Assembly (NCBI RefSeq): GCF_000025685.1
Contig: NC_013967.1
Location: forward strand, 30,001 to 62,000
Source: Haloferax volcanii DS2
GTDB taxonomy: Archaea; Halobacteriota; Halobacteria; Halobacteriales; Haloferacaceae
Length of the DNA stretch: 32,000 nucleotides
Direction of reading: 5' to 3'
The notes below the pieces were generated by a model. That model did not search any database, was not told where the DNA came from, and saw nothing but the letters and a program-made list of their open reading frames with translations. Both the position numbers and the translations under genes were made by a program. Below, piece by piece: positions 16,306 to 22,327 of this stretch (position 1 is its first letter; each line of letters opens with the position of its first letter).

Positions 16306-16485
16306 TTACTCTCCCCAGTCCTCTTCGAGTTCGGGCGCTTCTTCGAGTGTCACGGGGTCGAGAGAGACGACTTCCAACTCTGCGCCCGTGGCGGGGCTGT
16401 CGATGATTTCACCGACTTCGACGTCGGCCGGCAGCTCGATTTCCTCTCCGCTCAGCGGGTCTTCCGCGGTGATGGTGTCGCTCAT
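16306..16485 (-). CDS. lysW: Amino-group carrier protein LysW/ArgW (59 aa; absent from the ORF track)
   Basis: My own translation of the minus strand gives MSDTITAEDPLSGEEIELPADVEVGEIIDSPATGAELEVVSLDPVTLEEAPELEEDWGE*. The C-terminal EDWGE is the LysW hallmark. The stop lies 1 nt before the lysX start, and a TATA-like box lies 26 nt upstream of the ATG. Confidence 0.87.
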   Translation of the reverse strand: MSDTITAEDPLSGEEIELPADVEVGEIIDSPATGAELEVVSLDPVTLEEAPELEEDWGE

Positions 16486-16511
16486 TACATCCGTGGCTGG
16501 TCGACGGACGG

Positions 16512-16519
16512 TATTAAAG
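16512..16519 (-). promoter_or_regulatory. TATA-like box (CTTTAATA on the minus strand) of the lysW-lysX-argCBD-lysK-argF operon
   Basis: AT-rich box 26 nt upstream of the lysW ATG (16485), inside the only AT-rich patch of the argH-lysW spacer. Confidence 0.5.
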
Positions 16520-16524
16520 CCGTC

Positions 16525-16546
16525 GAAAATTACGCGATGAAAATTA
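16525..16546. promoter_or_regulatory. Direct repeat GAAAATTA x2 (14-nt period) just upstream of the lysW TATA box; candidate operator
   Basis: GAAAATTA occurs at 16525..16532 and 16539..16546 on the plus strand (TAATTTTC on the gene strand). Confidence 0.3.
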
Positions 16547-16720
16547 ATGCAAAGAAGTCTCTAACGGGTGTTATCTGTCGAATCGGCCGACGATACGGGT
16601 CGACCGAACGACGCGTCGAGCTTGGGTGCCACGCTCACTCGACGCCGGAGACGGGACCGGTCGTCGGACCGGTCGACCCGTCCCCCGCGTCGGTCGTGGT
16701 CGTCGTCGCCGCGGTTCCGG

Positions 16721-16778
16721 TCGGGGTCGTCGGAGCCCCGCCGGTCGTCGCGGCGCGACCGCTCGGGGTCGTCGGAGC
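16721..16778. repeat. 16-nt perfect direct repeat TCGGGGTCGTCGGAGC, two copies 42 nt apart
   Basis: Copies at 16721..16736 and 16763..16778 within the GC-rich argH-lysW spacer. Confidence 0.8.
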
Positions 16779-16805
16779 GGGCCCGCGGGCGTCTCGCGTT
16801 CGGAC

Positions 16806-18272
16806 TCAGACATAGCTCGAAACCTCCTCGTCGAGACCTTCGGCGGCCGCCGCGAGCGAGTCGCGGGCGTCGGCGACGGCCGCGGCGTCGTCCGAGAGCT
16901 CGTCGCGGGCCGTCGAGAGCGTCGCCTCCACGGCGGCGGGTGCGGGCCCGCCGACCGAATCGCGACTCGCCACGCTCTCGGTCGGGTCGAGCGCGGCTTC
17001 GACGGCCTCGGCTGTCACGTGCGTAAAGAGTGACTCACCTAATACGTCCGTAGCGACGGCGTCAAGTGTTGCCACGTCGGGCGTTCCCTCGGAGCGGGCG
17101 GCCGCCTCCGCGACGACCTCGTGGGCCGTGCGGAACGGCAGGCCGGCCATCGCCAGCAGGTCCGCCACGCCGGTCGCGGTCGAAAAGCCGTCGCCCGCGG
17201 CCGCGGCGAGTTCGTCTTCGGGCCACGTCGCCGACGCCACCGCGCCGGCGGCGACCGCGGCCGCCTCGCCCACGTCGTCGACGGTGCGGAACGCGTGTTT
17301 GTGGGCGCGCTGGAGGTCGCGGTTGTACGCGCGCGGCAGCCCCTTCAGCGTCGTCAGGAGGCCGGTGAGTTCTCCGACCGCGTCGCCCGCGACGGCGCGG
17401 ACGAGCTCCATCGTATCGGGGTTCTTCTTCTGCGGCATGATGGAGGAGGTCGACGAGTAGTCGTCCGACAGCTCGACGAGCCCCTTGTTCGAGAATATCA
17501 CGAGGTCCGCGGCGAGGCCGGAGAGCGTGACCGCGTGGGTCGTGAGCGCCGACAACGTCTCCGCGAGGAAGTCGCGGGTCGCGGAGGCGTCCATCGAGTT
17601 TTCCATCACGCGGTCGAAGCCGAGCAGGTCGGCGGCGAGTTCGCGGTTCACGTCGAAGGGCGTGCCCGCGAACGCCGCCGACCCGAGCGGCGACTGGTTG
17701 ATGCGCTCGTACGCGCACATGAGGCGGGCGCAGTCGCGGGCGACCGCCCGTTCGTACGAGAGAAGGAAGTGCGCGACCGTCGTCGGTTGCGCGGGCTGGA
17801 GGTGCGTGTAGCCGGGCATCACCGTCTCGGTGTGTGCCGCGGCCGTCTCGAGTAACGACTCGCGCAGAGCGAGCGCGGCGTCGAGGGCCGAAAGCACGTC
17901 CTCGCGCAGACGGTAGCGGATGCAGGTCGCCACCTCGTCGTTGCGCGAGCGGGCGGTGTGCATCTTCCCGCCGTCGGGGCCGACGATGTCGATGACCGCG
18001 GCCTCGATGGCCTCGTGGACGTCTTCGCCGCCCGAAAGCGCGTCGTGGCCCGCGGCCTCGACCTCGTCCAGCGCGGCGAGAATCTCGCTCGCGACCTCGG
18101 ACTCGATGATGTCCTGCGACGCGAGCATCACGACGTGCGCCCGGTCGACGGCGAGGTCGGCCTCGAAGATGCGTTCGTCGGCCGCGAGGCTCGACATGAA
18201 CCCGCGGGCGGGGCCGCCGCTGAAGCGGTTCCGGCGGATGACGCCCTCGGAGTCGCCGTCCTCGCCTGCCAT
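16806..18272 (-). CDS. argH: Argininosuccinate lyase
   Basis: 488 aa. Fumarate-lyase superfamily signature SSIMPQKKNPD, plus TGYTHLQPAQPTT-like GYTHLQPAQPTTVAH. Confidence 0.95.
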   Translation of the reverse strand: MAGEDGDSEGVIRRNRFSGGPARGFMSSLAADERIFEADLAVDRAHVVMLASQDIIESEVASEILAALDEVEAAGHDALSGGEDVHEAIEAAVIDIVGPDGGKMHTARSRNDEVATCIRYRLREDVLSALDAALALRESLLETAAAHTETVMPGYTHLQPAQPTTVAHFLLSYERAVARDCARLMCAYERINQSPLGSAAFAGTPFDVNRELAADLLGFDRVMENSMDASATRDFLAETLSALTTHAVTLSGLAADLVIFSNKGLVELSDDYSSTSSIMPQKKNPDTMELVRAVAGDAVGELTGLLTTLKGLPRAYNRDLQRAHKHAFRTVDDVGEAAAVAAGAVASATWPEDELAAAAGDGFSTATGVADLLAMAGLPFRTAHEVVAEAAARSEGTPDVATLDAVATDVLGESLFTHVTAEAVEAALDPTESVASRDSVGGPAPAAVEATLSTARDELSDDAAAVADARDSLAAAAEGLDEEVSSYV

Positions 18273-18273
18273 C

Positions 18274-19491
18274 TTACTCGTCGCTACCGCCGTCTGCGGC
18301 GAGTTCGGGCTTCCGCTTTTTCGCGCTCTGGTTGGCGAGGCGCGCCTGGAAGCCGTGGTACTTGGCGACGCCCGTCGCGTCGGCCTGTTCGATGCCGTCG
18401 ACCGTCTCCGTGTTGAAGGAGGCGGCGGACTCGGAGTAGGCGGCGTACTCGGACTCGCGGCCGACCGGGCGGGCCTGTCCGCCCTCGAACTTGATGGTCA
18501 CGGTGCCCGTGACGCGCTCTTGGGTCTTCTCGAGGAAGGCGTTCAGCGCGCCCACGAGCGGGGCGTCGATGAGGCCCTCGTAGGCCTTCTGGGACCACTC
18601 GTTGTCCACGGTGGCCTTGAAGTCGCGTTCCTCCTTCGTGAGGACGAGCCCTTCGAGCGCCTCGTGGGCGTTCAGGAGTGTCGTCGCGGCCGGGTGCTCG
18701 TAGTTCTCGCGCACCTTGAGGCCGAGCATGCGGTCTTCCATCATGTCGGTGCGGCCGACGCCGTGCTTGCCGGCCTTCTCGTTGAGGAACGAGATGAGTT
18801 CGAGGGGTTCGAACTCCTCGTCGTCGACGGCGACCGGGTAGCCGTCTTCGAACGCGATTTCGATGAGTTCCGTCTCGTCGGACGGCTGGTCGGTCCACTC
18901 GTAGATGTCCTCCGGCGGGACGTAGCCGGGGTCTTCGAGGTTGCCGCCCTCGATGGAACGGCTCCAGAGGTTCGTGTCGATGGACCAGACGCCCTCGTTG
19001 CCGCCCTGCACCGGGAGGTCTTTCTCGGCGGCGTACTCGATTTCCCACTCGCGGGTCATGCCCATCTCGCGGACGGGCGCGATGACTTCGAGGTCGGAGG
19101 CGCGCCAGACCGCCTCGAAGCGGAGTTGGTCGTTACCCTTGCCCGTACAGCCGTGGGCGATGCCGTCGCAGTCCTGCTCCTCTGCGAGTTCGAGGATGGC
19201 CTTGGCGATGACCGGGCGCGCGAGCGCGGTGCCGAGCGGGTAGCCCTGATAGTCCGCGTTGGCGCACACCGAGTCGAGACAGAGCTGTGCGAACTCCTGT
19301 TTCGCGTCGACTACGTAGTGTTCCAGTCCGAGGGCCTCGGCCGTCTCGTAGGCCTCCTCGAACTCCTCTTCGGGCTGGCCGACGTCGACCGTGACGCCGA
19401 CGACTTCGTCGTATCCGTACTCCTCTTCGAGAATCGGGACGCAGACTGTCGTGTCGAGTCCGCCCGAGAACGCGAGTGCGACTTTCTTCAT
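18274..19491 (-). CDS. argG: Argininosuccinate synthase
   Basis: 405 aa from MKKVALAFSGGLDTTV (ATP PP-loop SGGLDT), plus GCTGKGNDQLRFE. I chose ATG 19491 over the ORF-track 19533 because a TATA-like box lies 26 nt upstream. The stop is 1 nt before the argH start. Confidence 0.95.
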   Translation of the reverse strand: MKKVALAFSGGLDTTVCVPILEEEYGYDEVVGVTVDVGQPEEEFEEAYETAEALGLEHYVVDAKQEFAQLCLDSVCANADYQGYPLGTALARPVIAKAILELAEEQDCDGIAHGCTGKGNDQLRFEAVWRASDLEVIAPVREMGMTREWEIEYAAEKDLPVQGGNEGVWSIDTNLWSRSIEGGNLEDPGYVPPEDIYEWTDQPSDETELIEIAFEDGYPVAVDDEEFEPLELISFLNEKAGKHGVGRTDMMEDRMLGLKVRENYEHPAATTLLNAHEALEGLVLTKEERDFKATVDNEWSQKAYEGLIDAPLVGALNAFLEKTQERVTGTVTIKFEGGQARPVGRESEYAAYSESAASFNTETVDGIEQADATGVAKYHGFQARLANQSAKKRKPELAADGGSDE

Positions 19492-19517
19492 GTACTCGTC
19501 TGTGGCGGGGACACACA

Positions 19518-19525
19518 GATAAATT
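19518..19525 (-). promoter_or_regulatory. TATA-like box (AATTTATC on the minus strand) for argG-argH
   Basis: Lies 26 nt upstream of ATG 19491 in an AT-rich patch (19515..19555). Confidence 0.5.
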
Positions 19526-19765
19526 CTTTGCATTCAGTTTATGAAATTAAAAGGTAGAGACGCCTATGGGCACGAAAACAGGAGATGAGCGATTTCGACG
19601 TGTCCCGAAGGAGATGATGATTGTGGCCCTAAAGGGCCCGTCGTCGGGGTCGGACAGCCGCGGCTCGCAGCGGGGCAAAAGTGGCGCAAGTGCTGCGAGT
19701 CGCCATGGTTGTGAGACGCTACGACGGCTTCCCTATTAAACGCTTCCGGCGACGCAAACGTTTCC

Positions 19766-19882
19766 TCAGTCGAGCAACTCCCCGGCGAGTTCGACCAGCA
19801 GTTCGTTGTCGACGAGCGCGAGGACGAGCGCGATAACCGCGACCACGACGACTGCGATGATGAGCCACTCGATAAGGGTCAT
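19766..19882 (-). CDS. Candidate 38-aa single-TM micro-protein (absent from the ORF track)
   Basis: My own translation: MTLIEWLIIAVVVVAVIALVLALVDNELLVELAGELLD*. One hydrophobic helix plus an acidic tail. Nearly all codons end in G or C. A weak CACTTACC box lies 26 nt upstream. No homology evidence is available to me. Confidence 0.3.
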   Translation of the reverse strand: MTLIEWLIIAVVVVAVIALVLALVDNELLVELAGELLD

Positions 19883-19975
19883 AGCACCCGCAACGTGACG
19901 GCTCCTCCGGTAAGTGTTCTGTGGCCGTTCGGATCGGTCGGCGTCGACGGGTCGAAAACGCCGCGCCGGGACGAA

Positions 19976-21190
19976 TCAGGCGCTCTCGGTCGAGGCGTCT
20001 CCGTCTGCCGCGCCGCCGCGGAACACGAGTCGCTCCACGAGGTCGGATCGCTGCATCAACACCGTGCCGAGGGCGCTCATGACGAACACGTAGCCGACGG
20101 CGAACGCCGGGATGATGTCGCGCATCACCGGCGTCGTGCCCGCGGCGGCCAGCGCCGCGATGACGAGCGAGAACTCACCGCGGGGGACCATCCCGACGCC
20201 GACCCGGAGCGACCGGTGCGCCGAGAGGTCGTACGCCCGACCGCCGAGATAGCCCGAGAGAACCTTCGACGGCGTCGAGAGGACGACCGCGATGGCGAGC
20301 GGGACGGCCGCCGCCGCCAACAGCGTCGGGTCGGTGCCGAGCCCAATCCAGAAGAAGAACACCGCGGCGAACACGTCGCGCACGGAGACGAGCAGGTGTT
20401 CGAGTCGTTCCCGGTGGCCGCTCGTCGAAAAGCCCATGCCGACGAAGAACGCCGCGACGGCCTCGCTCACCCCGAGCGCGAGCGCCGCGCCCGAGATGGG
20501 GACGACGACCGCGAGCGCCCGCAGGACGAACGCCTCCTGGTTCTCCACGTCGAGGACGCGGGCGAAAAGCGCCGTCCCGTACTGGACGGCCACGAACAGC
20601 AGGCCGAGGAAGCCGAAGGCGATGGCGAGCGACCGCCCGATGGCCGCGACGCCGCCGTCGCCGCCGAGCACGAGCGAGGTGACGACCGCGAGGTAGACCG
20701 CGATGGCGAGGTCCTCGAAGACGAGCGTGCCCAAAATCGGCTCCGACTCGGGGTCGGCAATCCACCCGAGGTCGATGAGCGTCTTCGTCACGATGGCCGA
20801 CGACGAGATGTAGACGATGCCGCCGAGCAGGAGCGCCTCGACCGGCGACCAGCCGAGGACGAGACCGATGGCGACGCCGATGGGGAGGTTCACCGCGAGG
20901 TCGATGACGCCCGCGCGGCCGATTTTCGCCCCCGACGACCGGAGCCGGTCGAGGCTGAACTCAAGGCCGAGGAAAAACAGCAGGAGGACGATACCGAGTT
21001 CCGCCAGAACCGTCACGACCTCGCCGTTCGGGACGTACGGGAGGCCGAACCGCCCGGCGACGTACGGCCCGGCGACGACGCCGCCGACGACGTAGAGGGG
21101 AATCACCGACAGACCGAGGCGGAGCGCGACCGCTCCGACGACCGCGAGGACGGCGAACAGGTAGCCGAATTCGAGTAGCGCCGCCGCCAT
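19976..21190 (-). CDS. Cation:proton antiporter, CPA2 family (Kef/KhtU-like), membrane domain only
   Basis: 404 aa from MAAALLEFGY. About 12 TM helices. Na+/H+-exchanger family features (LLFFLGLEFSLDRL, EAVAAFFVGMGFS). The start overlaps the upstream gene's stop (TGATG at 21188..21192). The ORF-track 19976..21700 entry is over-extended. Confidence 0.85.
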   Translation of the reverse strand: MAAALLEFGYLFAVLAVVGAVALRLGLSVIPLYVVGGVVAGPYVAGRFGLPYVPNGEVVTVLAELGIVLLLFFLGLEFSLDRLRSSGAKIGRAGVIDLAVNLPIGVAIGLVLGWSPVEALLLGGIVYISSSAIVTKTLIDLGWIADPESEPILGTLVFEDLAIAVYLAVVTSLVLGGDGGVAAIGRSLAIAFGFLGLLFVAVQYGTALFARVLDVENQEAFVLRALAVVVPISGAALALGVSEAVAAFFVGMGFSTSGHRERLEHLLVSVRDVFAAVFFFWIGLGTDPTLLAAAAVPLAIAVVLSTPSKVLSGYLGGRAYDLSAHRSLRVGVGMVPRGEFSLVIAALAAAGTTPVMRDIIPAFAVGYVFVMSALGTVLMQRSDLVERLVFRGGAADGDASTESA

Positions 21191-21675
21191 CAGGCCCCTT
21201 TGACGAGCGCGACGAAGTCGCGGCAGGCCGTCTTGGGACCGATGACGACGAGCGTGTCGCCGGCTTCGACCATGGCGTCGCCGCCGGGCGAGGTGACGAC
21301 CTCGTCGCCCCGCTCGATGGCGATGACGGACGCGCCGGTCGCCTGCCGGAGGTCGGACTCGCCGAGCGTCTTGCCCGCGATGTCGGAGTTCGCGCCGACT
21401 TCGACCCACTCGATGAGCGTGTTGTCGCCCAGAAGCGTCTCGATGGTCTCCGTCTGGACCGGCTGGAAGTACGCGCCTTCGAGGAGCGTCCCCACCTGTC
21501 GGGCGAGTTTGTCGGTGAGTTCGAACAGCTTCTCGGAGTCGCCGTCGGCGCTCGCGCGCCGGAACACCTCCCGCTTGCCGCTGTTGTGCGTCACGATGAC
21601 GAGCCGGGACCCGTCGCCGAGGTCCACCTCGTGTTTCTTCCCGACGCCCGGAAGGTCGCGCTCGTAGACAGTCAT
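21190..21675 (-). CDS. KhtT-like antiporter regulatory subunit (N-terminal domain plus RCK_C/TrkA-C domain)
   Basis: 161 aa. The N-terminal DLPGVGKKHEV and central LIEWVEV...GKTLGESDLRQATGASVIAIERGDEVVTSPGGDAMVEAGDTLVVIG match, from memory, Bacillus KhtT (YhaT) and the RCK_C fold. Translationally coupled to the antiporter gene. Confidence 0.8.
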   Translation of the reverse strand: MTVYERDLPGVGKKHEVDLGDGSRLVIVTHNSGKREVFRRASADGDSEKLFELTDKLARQVGTLLEGAYFQPVQTETIETLLGDNTLIEWVEVGANSDIAGKTLGESDLRQATGASVIAIERGDEVVTSPGGDAMVEAGDTLVVIGPKTACRDFVALVKGA

Positions 21676-21698
21676 GGCTCGACGATTGGCGAGCGGGC

Positions 21699-21706
21699 AA
21701 AATAAA
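21699..21706 (-). promoter_or_regulatory. TATA-like box (TTTATTTT on the minus strand) for the khtT-like/antiporter pair
   Basis: Lies 23 nt upstream of ATG 21675, immediately after the stop of the upstream gene (21719). Confidence 0.45.
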
Positions 21707-21718
21707 GCCGCCTTCCGC

Positions 21719-22321
21719 TCAGGTGAGCAGCCAGAGCGTCGCCGCGATGGCGGTGCAGGCGACCGGCGGAATCGAGAGGTTGTCGTCGATGACGTAGCCG
21801 GCGACGACCGGCTTCGCGCCGTCGGCCAGCGTCGCCCCGGCAGCGCCGGCGGCCGCGGCGAGGCCGCCCGCGACGCCCCCCGAGACGGGAATCACGAACG
21901 GCGCGGCGAGGGCGAAACAGACCGCGAACATCGCCGCGAGCGTCCGCGCCGACTTCAACTCACCCACCGGTGCGGAGCCCATCAGGCCGCTTATCGGGTC
22001 ACCGATGGTGAGCATGAGCATCCCCGGAACCGCGATGTGGGGGCCGAACACCAGCGCGACGGCCGTCTGGCTGTAAACGTACAGCGCGTAGCCGGCGACG
22101 TTGTCCTGTTCGTACTCGCGGGTGAGTTCGTCGTAGACCGCCCATTCGAGACCGCCGAACAGCCGGAGCAGTTCGAGGACGCTGACGACCGCCGCGAGGA
22201 AGACGAACAGATACCCGAGGGTACGCCACTCGACCAGCCCGAGGAGGTACAAAAGCGGCATCCCCGAACCGCTCGCGTGGACCAGTCGCCGTTTCACCTC
22301 GGCGGTGCTCGGTCGCCCCAC
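21719..22321 (-). CDS. Polytopic membrane protein, probably a CTP-dependent polyprenol/dolichol kinase-like enzyme (CdsA/SEC59 superfamily)
   Basis: 200 aa with 5-6 TM helices. The motif TIGDPISGLMG followed by KSARTLAAMFAVCF resembles the GD-x-A/S-x-G ... K-T/S-x-E-G pattern of this superfamily. The assignment rests on weak motif memory only. Confidence 0.5.
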   Translation of the reverse strand: MGRPSTAEVKRRLVHASGSGMPLLYLLGLVEWRTLGYLFVFLAAVVSVLELLRLFGGLEWAVYDELTREYEQDNVAGYALYVYSQTAVALVFGPHIAVPGMLMLTIGDPISGLMGSAPVGELKSARTLAAMFAVCFALAAPFVIPVSGGVAGGLAAAAGAAGATLADGAKPVVAGYVIDDNLSIPPVACTAIAATLWLLT

Positions 22322-22327
22322 GGCGGG

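Noticed and set aside
19566-19736. 56-codon plus-strand ORF (MGTKTGDERFRRVPKEMMIVALKGPSSGSDSRGSQRGKSGASAASRHGCETLRRLPY)
   Set aside because: It has a basic, low-complexity composition and poor GC3 bias. It is not halophile-like and has no upstream promoter-like box at the expected spacing.
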